A stretch of DNA of 64,000 nucleotides from contig CANHCR010000008.1 of the NCBI GenBank assembly GCA_947459205.1, positions 7,216 through 71,215 on the forward strand, given 5' to 3'. The DNA is from Bacillales bacterium (GTDB lineage: Bacteria; Bacillota; Bacilli; Paenibacillales; CANHCR01). The notes beneath the pieces are model-generated. The model saw nothing but the letters and a program-made list of their open reading frames with translations. It was not told the DNA's origin and made no database searches. Position 1 is the stretch's first letter. Each line of letters begins with the position of its first letter. Both the position numbers and the translations under genes were made by a program. Shown in pieces: positions 9,478-20,139 of this stretch.

Positions 9478-10380
9478 ATGCAGCAGAAGATGACGATTCG
9501 TGAAGCCTATTTACAGGCTTCTTCTTTTTTTAATAACGAGTGTTCGATTGTGGATGCAACCTATTGTGCGGAGTTGTTGCTGCGACATTTGCTCGGCTGG
9601 ACACGTGCGGAATTTTTCATGCGTTGGCATGAGCCGTTGGCGGCGGATTTGCACACACGGTGGCGGGAGATGGTGGCGCGGCGTGGCGCTGGTGAACCGG
9701 CGCAGTACATTATTGGTGAGCAGGCGTTTTTTGGCTTGAATTTTTATGTTGATTGGCGCGTGCTGATTCCGCGTCCGGAAACAGAGTTGCTTGTCGAGCA
9801 AGTGTTGGAGCGAGTGGCGGCTTTGGACATTGAGGCAGCAGGTGGTGGTGGCGCGGCGGTTGTCGATGTTGGGACAGGGAGTGGCGCGATTCCGATTAGT
9901 TTGGCGGTGCAACGACCGAGGTGGCGGTTTACGGCGGTGGATTTGTCGGTGGATGCACTAGAGGTGGCGCGACATAATGCGGAGTTGCATGGAGTGGCGG
10001 AACGCATCCGTTTTGTACATGGTGATGGCTTGCGACGCTTGCCTCAGGATGGCGGAAGTTGGGTGACGGAGCCGATTGATGTGCTGATTTCGAATCCGCC
10101 ATATATTACGACTGCCGAAATGATCGACTTACAGCGCGAGGTACACGATCATGAGCCGCACATGGCGCTTTGTGGTGGTGCAGATGGACTGCAAGTGTAT
10201 AGACAAATTGTTGAACAGTTGAAGCAACTTCCTCAATTGCCAAAGCTGATTGCTTTTGAAACTGGACAAGGTCAGACGGAGGCGGTGGCGGCATTGTTGC
10301 GCCCGTTGTATCGCTCCGATAAAATGGAAATCGTACATGATTTAGCGGGAAAAGATCGCATGGTGTTCGCGGTATATTGA
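9478..10380 (+). CDS. prmC: release factor glutamine N5-methyltransferase
   Basis: VLIPRPETE, DVGTGSGAI, SNPPYI; follows prfA; start uncertain (9463 or 9478). Confidence 0.95.
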   Translation: MQQKMTIREAYLQASSFFNNECSIVDATYCAELLLRHLLGWTRAEFFMRWHEPLAADLHTRWREMVARRGAGEPAQYIIGEQAFFGLNFYVDWRVLIPRPETELLVEQVLERVAALDIEAAGGGGAAVVDVGTGSGAIPISLAVQRPRWRFTAVDLSVDALEVARHNAELHGVAERIRFVHGDGLRRLPQDGGSWVTEPIDVLISNPPYITTAEMIDLQREVHDHEPHMALCGGADGLQVYRQIVEQLKQLPQLPKLIAFETGQGQTEAVAALLRPLYRSDKMEIVHDLAGKDRMVFAVY

Positions 10381-10433
10381 TAGTTTCATATGGCCATACT
10401 TGACGTAACATGGTGAAAGGCTGTGAGTCAAGT

Positions 10434-11030
10434 ATGAAGCATCGTATGAAATGGTGGTTGACTGTATTGGTGGTTATTTCGATTGTCGTGGTGGCGGAGG
10501 CGACTCGTGAAGCAGAAGCTTTGCAACAATCGATTTCAGAACAGGCGATTCCAGAACAGGCGATCCGCCTGCGAGTCGTGGCAAATTCGGACGCTGACAT
10601 CGATCAACGCGTGAAGATGGCGGTTCGAGATGCTTTGTTTATGGAAATGGCGACTTGGTCGGAGCGACCGGTTTCGCTGGAACAATCGCGAGCGCTTTTA
10701 AATCGGAAACTAGCTGATTTGAAGAAATTGGTGGCGCAGACGTTGGTGGCGCTTGATGCGCACGATAAGTTTGTGATGAAACTAGGTTTAGCAGAATTTC
10801 CGCAAAAAACATATGGTGTACATGTCTATCCGGCGGGACAATATGAAGCGCTTGTGATTACGCTTGGTGCTGGAGCGGGACATAATTGGTGGTGTGTATT
10901 GTTCCCGCAACTGTGCTTTGAGCAGTCGGAGCCTACGGGAGAGGTTCGTCCGCATGAAAATGATGCGAAAGGTTCTGAACCTAAAGTGCGCTTGTGGATA
11001 TGGGAGCAGTTGAAATCGTGGTTTGAGTAA
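10434..11030 (+). CDS. spoIIR: stage II sporulation protein R
   Basis: IRLRVVANSD, FPQKTYG..VYPAGQYEAL, GAGHNWWCVLFPQLC; synteny after prmC. Confidence 0.93.
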   Translation: MKHRMKWWLTVLVVISIVVVAEATREAEALQQSISEQAIPEQAIRLRVVANSDADIDQRVKMAVRDALFMEMATWSERPVSLEQSRALLNRKLADLKKLVAQTLVALDAHDKFVMKLGLAEFPQKTYGVHVYPAGQYEALVITLGAGAGHNWWCVLFPQLCFEQSEPTGEVRPHENDAKGSEPKVRLWIWEQLKSWFE

Positions 11031-11046
11031 GAGAGGGGGGTTGTCG

Positions 11047-12144
11047 GTGCGTACGGAATATTATACGGTGCAAGTTACGGATGGCGGGATTGTTGGCGGC
11101 GTGGACGGCGCTAGCGATGTTTTTGCTGAAGCGGCCAAACTTATCCGTGGCGGCGCACCGGTGGCTTTTCCGACAGAAACCGTATATGGGCTTGGTGCGA
11201 ACGCTTTCGATGAGCAGGCGGTGGCGCGCGTGTTTGCGGCGAAAGGCAGACCGGCTGACAATCCTTTGATTGTGCATGTTGCTGACCGACAGCAACTTGA
11301 TTTGATTGCGCTGACGCCTAGTGAATGGGAGCAGTGTTTGATGGCGGCGTTTTGGCCAGGGCCGTTAACGTTGGTTCTGCCAGTGAAACCAGGCGTGTTG
11401 CCTAGCAATGTCACGGCGGGATTGGATACGGTGGCGGTGCGCCAACCCGCACACCCCGTGGCGCTTGCTTTGTTGCAGGCTTGCGGGGTTCCGCTTGCAG
11501 CCCCTAGTGCGAATCGGTCAGGAAAACCTAGCCCGACGACAGCGCTCCACGTCAAAGAGGATTTGGACGGTGTGCTTGCAGCGATTTTAGATGGCGGCCC
11601 GACGGAAGTGGGGATTGAATCGACGGTCATTCGTTGCAACGCTGAAGAGGTGCATATTTTACGGCCTGGCTCGGTGACGGCAGAACAATTGGAGCAGGCG
11701 CTCCCTGGCATTCGCGTAGTGGCAGTGGCGGATATACAGAATCATCGCGAACTCGATGCGGCGGATTATGTGCCACCATCACCTGGCATGAAATATGCTC
11801 ACTATGCGCCAGAAGGGGAGCTGCTGGTCGTTGAGGCGGAACATCACGATGAATGGTTGAAATGGGTTTCGGCGCGCTTGCAAGAGGCAAAGTCACAGGG
11901 ACATCGCACGGGGCTTCTCACCTTTTCAAAAAAAGATGGTGGCGGCGTGGCGGATGTGGTCGTGGTGGCTGGTGATGCTACACAAGTGGATACGGTCGCA
12001 CGGGCGCTTTACGATGCACTGCGAACGTTTGACCGCGAGCAGGTGACGTTCATTATCGCCGAAACGTGCCCCGCCACTGGCGTTGGCGCAGCGGTGATGA
12101 ATCGCTTGTTAAAAGCAGCGGGTCACCGATTTCTTCGCATTTAA
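11047..12144 (+). CDS. sua5: L-threonylcarbamoyladenylate synthase (Sua5/YwlC)
   Basis: VAFPTETVYGLG, KGRPADNPLIVH, AAPSANRSG, SPGMKYAHYAP, AVMNRLLKAA. Confidence 0.95.
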   Translation: MRTEYYTVQVTDGGIVGGVDGASDVFAEAAKLIRGGAPVAFPTETVYGLGANAFDEQAVARVFAAKGRPADNPLIVHVADRQQLDLIALTPSEWEQCLMAAFWPGPLTLVLPVKPGVLPSNVTAGLDTVAVRQPAHPVALALLQACGVPLAAPSANRSGKPSPTTALHVKEDLDGVLAAILDGGPTEVGIESTVIRCNAEEVHILRPGSVTAEQLEQALPGIRVVAVADIQNHRELDAADYVPPSPGMKYAHYAPEGELLVVEAEHHDEWLKWVSARLQEAKSQGHRTGLLTFSKKDGGGVADVVVVAGDATQVDTVARALYDALRTFDREQVTFIIAETCPATGVGAAVMNRLLKAAGHRFLRI

Positions 12145-12151
12145 TCTGCAA

Positions 12152-12179
12152 TCATATTTTCATGGCACACGCATAGACT
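12152..12179 (+). promoter_or_regulatory. putative sigma-E promoter upstream of mntP-ywlE
   Basis: TCATATT-13 nt-CATAGACT matches the sigma-E consensus. Confidence 0.45.
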
Positions 12180-12219
12180 CGAACAAGACGTTCATTAGAG
12201 TTTTGCGGGAGGTGCCAGC

Positions 12220-12807
12220 TTGTACGGAGCGGAGGCGCAATTCGGCCAGTGGCTGACTTTACTATTGATTGCATTCGCGCTTGGGATGGATGCTTTTTCA
12301 CTCGGCATCGGTGTCGGCGTGCGTGTAAAGGGAAGGCGCCAAGTGTTTGAAATGAGCGCGCTGACCGGACTTTTTCACTTGCTTATGCCGCTCGTTGGAT
12401 TGTTCTTTGGTGGAATCATTCAACGGCTCGTTGGACCATACGCATTGTTTGGTTCTGGGTTGCTGATTGCAGTTTTAGGGTTACATATGGCGTTGCAGGC
12501 GTGGCGTGAGTCGCAACAGGCAGAGATATCGGACAAAGACAATTTGGTTGTCACATATTGGACGATGCTTGTGTTTTCGTTTACGGTGAGCGTGGATTCA
12601 TTGTCGATCGGCTTCAGTCTCGGCATGGTTGGTGTCGAAGTGTGGTTGGCGCTGACGTTATTTGCAGTAACAGCCACCCTTATGTGCGGACTCGGTCTTT
12701 CCCTAGGGAAAGCAATCCATCGATACATCGGACGCTATGGCGAGTTGGCAGGGGGCATCATCCTACTCGTGCTCGGCTTGAAATTTATTTATATGGGTCT
12801 TTTTTGA
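12220..12807 (+). CDS. mntP: MntP-family manganese efflux membrane protein (YwlD)
   Basis: ALGMDAFS and SVDSLSIG repeats, six TM helices, synteny with ywlE. Confidence 0.85.
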   Translation: MYGAEAQFGQWLTLLLIAFALGMDAFSLGIGVGVRVKGRRQVFEMSALTGLFHLLMPLVGLFFGGIIQRLVGPYALFGSGLLIAVLGLHMALQAWRESQQAEISDKDNLVVTYWTMLVFSFTVSVDSLSIGFSLGMVGVEVWLALTLFAVTATLMCGLGLSLGKAIHRYIGRYGELAGGIILLVLGLKFIYMGLF

Positions 12808-12821
12808 AAGGGGAATGGGAG

Positions 12822-13394
12822 ATGCAACGAATTTTGTTTGTGTGTACCGCCAATACTTGTCGCAGTCCGCTAGCCGAGTGGCTGTTGCGTCGGCTTGCTC
12901 AGGAGCGGGGCATTGCGCTCGAGGTGCAATCGGCCGGCATTTATGCATATCCTGGTGCGTCGATGTCCAACTATTCGTCGCACATTTTGCATGGTCGCGA
13001 GATTGAGCATACGTTCGCTTCCCAGCGTGTCAGCGAACACTTAATTGAATGGGCGAGTTTGGTGTTGACCATGACGATCGGTCACAAGCAGCAACTATTG
13101 ATGAACTATCCGCATGCCGTCGACAAAATTTTCACTCTGAAAGAGTTTGTCATCGATGACTCGGTACGAGAAGTGTTGCTCCAAATGGACAAGTTGTATG
13201 CCGAAATCGAGATGCAGTTTTCGCTCGGTCAATCAGTGACTGAAGAACAGCGCAGTCGCTTAAGGGAGATGGAGCGTTCATTGCCCGATTTGGATGTGAG
13301 CGATCCGTTCTCTGGTTCGATGGAGATGTATCAGCAGTGCGCCTTGGATATTGAGGCGAATTTGCACAAGTTGCTGGACCGCTTGCAAGTCTGA
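12822..13394 (+). CDS. ywlE: low-molecular-weight protein arginine phosphatase
   Basis: ILFVCTANTCRSPLAE P-loop, VSDPF; ATG at 12822 after AAGGGG. Confidence 0.88.
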   Translation: MQRILFVCTANTCRSPLAEWLLRRLAQERGIALEVQSAGIYAYPGASMSNYSSHILHGREIEHTFASQRVSEHLIEWASLVLTMTIGHKQQLLMNYPHAVDKIFTLKEFVIDDSVREVLLQMDKLYAEIEMQFSLGQSVTEEQRSRLREMERSLPDLDVSDPFSGSMEMYQQCALDIEANLHKLLDRLQV

Positions 13395-13402
13395 TCGTTA
13401 AC

Positions 13403-13432
13403 TTTACATCGCCACTCATTTTCGGTTAAAAT
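13403..13432 (+). promoter_or_regulatory. sigma-A promoter for the riboswitch-led rpiB-ywlG-glyA unit
   Basis: TTTACA-18 nt-TAAAAT directly upstream of the aptamer. Confidence 0.5.
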
Positions 13433-13447
13433 AAAAGAAATTGTACA

Positions 13448-13521
13448 AGCTCGATGTTACTGGCGACGCGTGGAACGAACCACAGTGGAGCATTGAGTGA
13501 TACGGCCGGTCGCCTGGGCAA
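13448..13521 (+). ncRNA. ZMP/ZTP (pfl) riboswitch aptamer
   Basis: P1 CTCGATG/CATTGAG, ACTGGCGA, P2 GTGG-AACGAA-CCAC, GGAGC, P3 GCCGGTCGCCTGGGC with GGCGA/TCGCC pseudoknot; upstream of glyA. Confidence 0.88.
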
Positions 13522-13559
13522 AGAGCAGTGGCGCATATTTGTGCGTCGGGCTCTTTTTT
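13520..13559 (+). terminator. riboswitch expression-platform terminator
   Basis: AAGAGC..GCGCATATTTGTGCGT..GCTCTT followed by a T run, abutting P3. Confidence 0.75.
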
Positions 13560-13594
13560 CTATTATTATGTACTATGCTATGGGAGTGAGTGCA

Positions 13595-14032
13595 GTGAAA
13601 ATCGCGCTGGCGGCAGATCATGGTGGGTTTCGTCTCAAAAATGAGATAAAGTTGTTTCTTGAGCAACGCGGGCATGAAATTCTCGATTGCGGTTGCGATT
13701 GTGCAGATTCGGTTGATTATCCCGATTATGCGGTACCTGCGGCGCAGGCGGTGCTGGACGGACGGTGTGCGCGCGCGATTCTGGTGTGTGGAACGGGTAT
13801 CGGCATGTCGATTGCTGCCAACAAGATGAGCGATATCCGCTGCGCTTTGGTGCATGACACCTTTTCAGCGAAGGCAACTCGCGAACATAACGATACGAAC
13901 GTGCTGGCGTTGGGCGAGCGCGTCATTGGACCTGGTTTGGCGCTGGAGATTGTCGCGATTTGGGTGGACACGCCATTTTCGGAAGATGGAAGGCACGCAA
14001 GACGCATTGCAAAAATATCCGCATTGGAATAG
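13595..14032 (+). CDS. rpiB: ribose-5-phosphate isomerase B
   Basis: ADHGG, SVDYPDYA, CGTGIGMSIAANK, REHNDTNVL; GTG start at 13595. Confidence 0.95.
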   Translation: MKIALAADHGGFRLKNEIKLFLEQRGHEILDCGCDCADSVDYPDYAVPAAQAVLDGRCARAILVCGTGIGMSIAANKMSDIRCALVHDTFSAKATREHNDTNVLALGERVIGPGLALEIVAIWVDTPFSEDGRHARRIAKISALE

Positions 14033-14044
14033 CTGGTGGTAAAT

Positions 14045-14599
14045 ATGGCTGAGCAGTTGCACGACTCGACAGTATATGAGCAAGTCGTCACCATTTTGCG
14101 AGAACTTTTGGAGCGCGGTCAAGTGTCGCCTGAGCAGATGGTGGTCATCGGTTGCAGCACGAGCGAAGTGGTCGGTGGGCAGATCGGCAAGGCTGGGACT
14201 GAGCAGGTGGCGGAGCAAATCTTTCGTGCGGTTTTCGATGTTCGACGCGAGCGCCCGTTTGTACCAGTGTTTCAATGTTGCGAGCATTTGAATCGTGCGT
14301 TGGTGTTGGAACAATCGTCAGCCTTGTTGTACGGTTATGATCCGGTGAGCGTGGTTCCAGTCGCAAAAGCAGGCGGCGCCATGGCGGCGTATGCTTATCG
14401 CCATATGTCAGGGGCGTACGTTGTCGAAAGCGTGCGTGCTCATGCGGCGATTGACATCGGCGACACGCTGATTGGTATGCATCTACGAGCGGTGGCGGTG
14501 CCTTTTCGGCCGAGCGTAAGAGTGGTTGGTCATGCTCATGTGAGCGCGGCGTTTACTCGTCCAAAACTGATTGGCGGCGAGCGAGCTGTTTATCAATAG
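14045..14599 (+). CDS. ywlG: YwlG / TIGR01440 family protein
   Basis: IGCSTSEV, FQCCEHLNRAL, DIGDTLIGMHL, TRPKLIGGERAVY. Confidence 0.9.
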   Translation: MAEQLHDSTVYEQVVTILRELLERGQVSPEQMVVIGCSTSEVVGGQIGKAGTEQVAEQIFRAVFDVRRERPFVPVFQCCEHLNRALVLEQSSALLYGYDPVSVVPVAKAGGAMAAYAYRHMSGAYVVESVRAHAAIDIGDTLIGMHLRAVAVPFRPSVRVVGHAHVSAAFTRPKLIGGERAVYQ

Positions 14600-14644
14600 A
14601 TTGAATCATCAATAAGACTGAATCATCAACGGAGGGATTTCACA

Positions 14645-15901
14645 ATGGATCAATTGCGTAAAGTAGACCCGGCTGTATTCGCCGCGGTCCAAGAAGAGCT
14701 GGGACGTCAGCAGAACAATATCGAGTTGATTGCCTCAGAGAACTTTGTCAGTGAGGCTGTGTTGGAAGCGGTCGGCACGGTGTTGACGAACAAGTATGCG
14801 GAAGGGTACCCTTCCAAACGCTACTACGGTGGCTGTGAGCATGTCGACAAAGTGGAGGATTTGGCGCGCGAGCGTGCGAAGCAATTGTTTGGCGCTGATC
14901 ATGTCAACGTGCAACCGCACTCGGGTGCGCAAGCGAACATGGCTGTTTATTTGGCGGCAGTGAAAGCGGGAGATACGATTCTCGGCATGAATTTGTCGCA
15001 TGGTGGACACTTAACGCATGGAAGCCCAGTCAACGCATCTGGTATTTTATATAACTTCGTGGCATACGGTGTGAATCAAGAAACGGGTCTGATTGATTAT
15101 GATGAAGTGCGCAAACTCGCTTTTAAACATAAGCCGCGGATGATTGTGGCGGGTGCAAGTGCATATCCGCGTATCATCGATTTTGCTACGCTAGGGCAAA
15201 TTGCTAATGATGTTGGCGCGTTGTTTATGGTGGATATGGCGCATATCGCTGGTTTGGTGGCGGCGGGTTTGCATCCGAGTCCAGTACCACATGCCCATTT
15301 TGTCACGACGACGACGCATAAGACGTTGCGCGGGCCGCGTGGCGGGATGATTATGTGTCGCCAAGCGTGGGCGGCAGCGATTGATAAGGCTGTTTTCCCA
15401 GGGTCGCAAGGTGGACCTTTGATGCATGTGATTGCAGGCAAAGCGGTTGCTTACGGCGAAGCACTGCAACCAGTGTTTAAGACGTATGCACAACATGTTG
15501 TGAAAAATTCGCAGGCGATGGCGGCGCAACTGGTGGCGGAAGGCTTTAACCTTTTGACTGGGGGTACAGATAATCACTTGGTGCTTGTCGACTTGCGCAA
15601 CATGAACATTACTGGTAAAGAGGCGGAGCATCTGCTTGACTCCATCGGCTTGACGGTGAACAAAAACTCGGTGCCATTTGATACGGCGAGTCCGTTTGTG
15701 ACGAGCGGGATTCGTATTGGCACGGCTGCAGCGACGTCGCGTGGCATGGATGAAGATGCGATGCGAGAAATTGCTTTGATTATTGGACAAGCCATCAAAA
15801 ATCCGAAAGATGTAGCTGTGCATGCACAATTGAAAGATCGTGTGCGCGTTTTGACGCAAAAGTTTCCGCTCTATGCAGCGTTGACGCCACAATTCAGCTA
15901 A
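14645..15901 (+). CDS. glyA: serine hydroxymethyltransferase
   Basis: [32 protein letters not shown] lysine motif. Confidence 0.98.
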   Translation: MDQLRKVDPAVFAAVQEELGRQQNNIELIASENFVSEAVLEAVGTVLTNKYAEGYPSKRYYGGCEHVDKVEDLARERAKQLFGADHVNVQPHSGAQANMAVYLAAVKAGDTILGMNLSHGGHLTHGSPVNASGILYNFVAYGVNQETGLIDYDEVRKLAFKHKPRMIVAGASAYPRIIDFATLGQIANDVGALFMVDMAHIAGLVAAGLHPSPVPHAHFVTTTTHKTLRGPRGGMIMCRQAWAAAIDKAVFPGSQGGPLMHVIAGKAVAYGEALQPVFKTYAQHVVKNSQAMAAQLVAEGFNLLTGGTDNHLVLVDLRNMNITGKEAEHLLDSIGLTVNKNSVPFDTASPFVTSGIRIGTAAATSRGMDEDAMREIALIIGQAIKNPKDVAVHAQLKDRVRVLTQKFPLYAALTPQFS

Positions 15902-15913
15902 TGGACTGACAAC

Positions 15914-15945
15914 AAAGATTGGCCTGCGATGCAGCCAATCTTTTT
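15914..15945 (+). terminator. intrinsic terminator after glyA
   Basis: AAAGATTGGC-CTGCGATGCA-GCCAATCTTTTT. Confidence 0.75.
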
Positions 15946-15982
15946 CCATGTTTAGAAACAGATTGGGATGGAGGGAAGCGCT

Positions 15983-16621
15983 ATGGAAAATAAAGAAAAT
16001 GGGCGACTATTCGTGTTTGACCATCCGCTCATCCACCACAAGATGTTGCTGTTGCGCGATGCAGCCACGAAGTCAAATCAGTTTCGTCAACTGCTCGATG
16101 AGATTGGCGTATTGATGACGTATGAGGTGACGCGTGATTTGCCGGTGGAGAAGGCTGCCGTTGAGACGCCAGTGGCAACTTGTGAGGGATTGCAAATTCG
16201 TTCTAATGTGTGCCTTGTGCCAGTCCTGCGTGCGGGCTTGGGGATGTTAAACGGTATTCTCAGTTTGATGCCAGCTGCGCAAGTGGGACATATCGGTTTG
16301 GCGCGAAATGAAGAGACGCTTGAGCCGAGTGAGTATTATTTGAAACTTCCGGAACGACTGGCAGAAAAACAGGTGATTGTGATTGATTCGATGCTTGCGA
16401 CTGGCGGTTCTGCGGTGGCGGCAATTCAACTTTTGAAACAGCATGGCGCCATTCGTATCAAACTGATGTCACTGATTGCTGTGCAGGAAGGGATTGAAGC
16501 GGTACGACTAGCACACCCTGATGTCGATATTTATGTGGCGACGGTTGATCCAATATTGAATGAACATGGATACATTGTTCCTGGATTGGGAGATGCTGGA
16601 GACCGTTTGTTTAATATTTAA
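15983..16621 (+). CDS. upp: uracil phosphoribosyltransferase
   Basis: DHPLI.HK, PVLRAGLGM, GYIVPGLGDAGDRLF; PRPP motif reads DSMLATGGS. Confidence 0.93.
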   Translation: MENKENGRLFVFDHPLIHHKMLLLRDAATKSNQFRQLLDEIGVLMTYEVTRDLPVEKAAVETPVATCEGLQIRSNVCLVPVLRAGLGMLNGILSLMPAAQVGHIGLARNEETLEPSEYYLKLPERLAEKQVIVIDSMLATGGSAVAAIQLLKQHGAIRIKLMSLIAVQEGIEAVRLAHPDVDIYVATVDPILNEHGYIVPGLGDAGDRLFNI

Positions 16622-16637
16622 GTGAGGAGTATTTTCG

Positions 16638-17783
16638 ATGAGCAAAATTAAAGTCATAACTATTTTTGGCACGCGGCCTGAAGCGATTAAAATGGCACCA
16701 CTTGTGCTGGAGTTAGAAAAACACAAAGAGCATATCGAATCGCTCGTCTGTGTGACCGCACAGCATCGTGGCATGCTCGACCAAGTGCTCGACTTCTTTC
16801 GCATCAAGCCGGATTATGATTTGGACGTGATGAAAGATCGGCAAACATTGCATGAGGTGACGATTCGCGTGCTGCAAGGGCTCGAGCCAGTGTTTCGTGA
16901 TGAGCGTCCCGATTTGGTGCTCGTGCACGGCGACACGCTGACAACGTTCTTGGCAAGCTATGCGGCGTTGTTGCATCAAATCAAAGTCGGACATGTCGAG
17001 GCGGGGTTGCGCACATGGAATAAGTTGTCGCCGTTTCCAGAGGAGATGAATCGTCAGTTGACGGGCGTCATCGCTGATTTGCATTTTGCCCCGACATCGT
17101 GGTCGGCGAACAATTTGCGTAAGGAAAATAAAGCGGAAGCGACGATTTATACGACCGGCAATACGGTTACGGATGTGTTTCAGTATACGGTCAATCAGCA
17201 ATTCCAACATGAATTGTTGTCGTGGGCGGGTGATCGTCGACTGATTTTAATGACGGCACATCGACGCGAGTCACAAGGCGAACCGCATCGCCAAATTTTT
17301 CGGGCGATTCGACGTATTGCCGATGAATTTGAAGATGTGGCGATTGTCTATCCGGTACATCCGAGTCCTGCGGTTCGTGAACCAGCGCATGAGTTGCTGT
17401 CTGGCCATGAGCGCATTAAACTGGCAGATCCACTTGATGTTTTTGAGTTTCATAACTTTTATCCATATAGTCACCTGATTGTGACCGATTCTGGCGGTTT
17501 GCAAGAGGAGGCGCCATCGTTTGGTGTGCCTGTTCTTGTGCTGCGTGATACGACCGAACGACCGGAAGGGATTGAGGCTGGCACACTTGAACTGGTGGGG
17601 TCCGACGAGCAATATGTGTACGAGCGAATTCGTGCGCTGTTAACGGATCAAGCGTTGTACGAGCGTATGAGTAAGGCAGTCAATCCATATGGTGATGGTC
17701 ACGCATCGGAGCGAATTGCACAGGCCATTTTTCATTATTTTGGTAAAAAGTCAGACCGACCGACACCCTATGATGCTATGTAA
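16638..17783 (+). CDS. wecB: UDP-N-acetylglucosamine 2-epimerase (non-hydrolysing, MnaA/WecB)
   Basis: FGTRPEAIKMAP, HVEAGLRT, PFPEEMNR, TDSGGLQEEAP, NPYGDG. Confidence 0.96.
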   Translation: MSKIKVITIFGTRPEAIKMAPLVLELEKHKEHIESLVCVTAQHRGMLDQVLDFFRIKPDYDLDVMKDRQTLHEVTIRVLQGLEPVFRDERPDLVLVHGDTLTTFLASYAALLHQIKVGHVEAGLRTWNKLSPFPEEMNRQLTGVIADLHFAPTSWSANNLRKENKAEATIYTTGNTVTDVFQYTVNQQFQHELLSWAGDRRLILMTAHRRESQGEPHRQIFRAIRRIADEFEDVAIVYPVHPSPAVREPAHELLSGHERIKLADPLDVFEFHNFYPYSHLIVTDSGGLQEEAPSFGVPVLVLRDTTERPEGIEAGTLELVGSDEQYVYERIRALLTDQALYERMSKAVNPYGDGHASERIAQAIFHYFGKKSDRPTPYDAM

Positions 17784-17812
17784 ACGTTAACATTTTGCGG
17801 TTTTTCGCTTAT

Positions 17813-17842
17813 TTGACAAAGCCTATTTTGAGTCAGTAAAAT
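17813..17842 (+). promoter_or_regulatory. sigma-A promoter of atp operon
   Basis: TTGACA-18 nt-TAAAAT. Confidence 0.65.
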
Positions 17843-17850
17843 AGTAAAGG

Positions 17851-17886
17851 TGTCATAAGAAAATACTGCTGTTGTCATAAGAAAAT
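17851..17886 (+). repeat. 14-bp direct repeat in atp leader
   Basis: TGTCATAAGAAAAT at 17851-17864 and 17873-17886. Confidence 0.85.
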
Positions 17887-17907
17887 CTTAAACGGCAGGT
17901 GTGTTCG

Positions 17908-18136
17908 ATGGACAAAGAGCGTGGCAAATCTCAAAATCCATGGCGAGCAGTTGGAATGGCGACGGCGATTGGCGCCGACCTCGTTATTTGCATGGGAGCG
18001 GGCTTCGGGATTGGCTACTTATTGAGAGACTTGTTCGGCGGACATCCGATTTGGCTGGTCGTAGGGATTATGCTCGGATTCATCGCCGGCGTTTTCGGGC
18101 TCATTTGGCTCATGCGGTTTTACTTGGAGGAACGCA

Positions 18137-18144
<8 letters not shown>
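17908..18144 (+). CDS. atpZ: AtpZ/AtpQ-family small membrane protein
   Basis: NPWRA.G...IG.DL, two TM helices, first gene of atp operon. Confidence 0.75.
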
Positions 18145-19292
<1,148 letters not shown>

Positions 19293-19321
19293 TCATCATT
19301 TTGTGGCATTAGTCACGATGA

Positions 19322-19573
<252 letters not shown>

Positions 19574-19590
19574 GGATTATCGGACTGTGC

Positions 19591-19614
19591 AGGGAGTTTG
19601 AGACTCCCTTTTAT
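19591..19614 (+). promoter_or_regulatory. stem-loop between atpE and atpF
   Basis: AGGGAGT-TTGAG-ACTCCCT followed by TTT. Confidence 0.5.
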
Positions 19615-19647
19615 TGTGCCAAACGACTTGGAAAGGAGTGACCATCG

Positions 19648-20139
19648 TTGCATTTTTATTGGACATCTACGGTTTTCGCGCTCATCGCGTTTGGAGTTTT
19701 ATACTTCTTGCTTTCAAAATATGCGTTCGGTCCATTGATGAGCATTATGGAAAAACGTCGCGTTCATATTCAAGATCAACTTGCTGGTGCTGAAGAAAGT
19801 AAAAAACAAGCCGAGCAATTACTTGAAGAACAAAAGGCAGCTATCCAGCAGGCTCGTAAAGAAGCGTACGAAATTATTGAGCAATCTAAGTTAACTAGTT
19901 CTAAACAAGCCGAAGATATCGTTTCTGCAGCAAAAGTTGAGGCAGACCGATTGAAAGCGGAAGCGCAAAAAGATATTGAGAACGAAAAAAATAAGGCGAT
20001 TGCCGAACTGAAAACACAAGTCGGACAATGGTCTGTCGCCATTGCCAAAGAAATCCTTGGCAAAGAGATTGATGCGTCTGCACAACAAGCAATCGTATCG
20101 CAGTTCTTGCAAGAGTCAGGGGGCAAAGCGAAACAATGA
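19648..20139 (+). CDS. atpF: F0 subunit b
   Basis: N-terminal TM then coiled coil; TTG start after AAGGAG. Confidence 0.95.
   Translation: MHFYWTSTVFALIAFGVLYFLLSKYAFGPLMSIMEKRRVHIQDQLAGAEESKKQAEQLLEEQKAAIQQARKEAYEIIEQSKLTSSKQAEDIVSAAKVEADRLKAEAQKDIENEKNKAIAELKTQVGQWSVAIAKEILGKEIDASAQQAIVSQFLQESGGKAKQ

Noticed and set aside
10536..10564. CAGAACAGGCGAT repeat in spoIIR
   Set aside because: A simple in-frame 15-nt duplication (EQAIPEQAI) in a variable linker
10992..11001. DnaA-box-like TGTGGATA (also at 48331)
   Set aside because: Isolated imperfect matches inside genes, with no cluster and no dnaA
12145..12219. yybP-ykoY manganese riboswitch before mntP
   Set aside because: The gap is too short and lacks the four-way-junction motifs
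12558..12821. Long N-terminal extension of ywlE overlapping mntP
   Set aside because: Shadow frame; the RBS and P-loop position indicate ATG 12822
13454..13594. Leader peptide or N-terminal extension of rpiB
   Set aside because: The region is the ZTP riboswitch and its terminator; rpiB starts at GTG 13595
17766..17787. dif-like sequence (CCTATGATGCTATGTAAACG)
   Set aside because: Arm spacing does not fit the 11-6-11 dif layout and it overlaps the wecB stop codon
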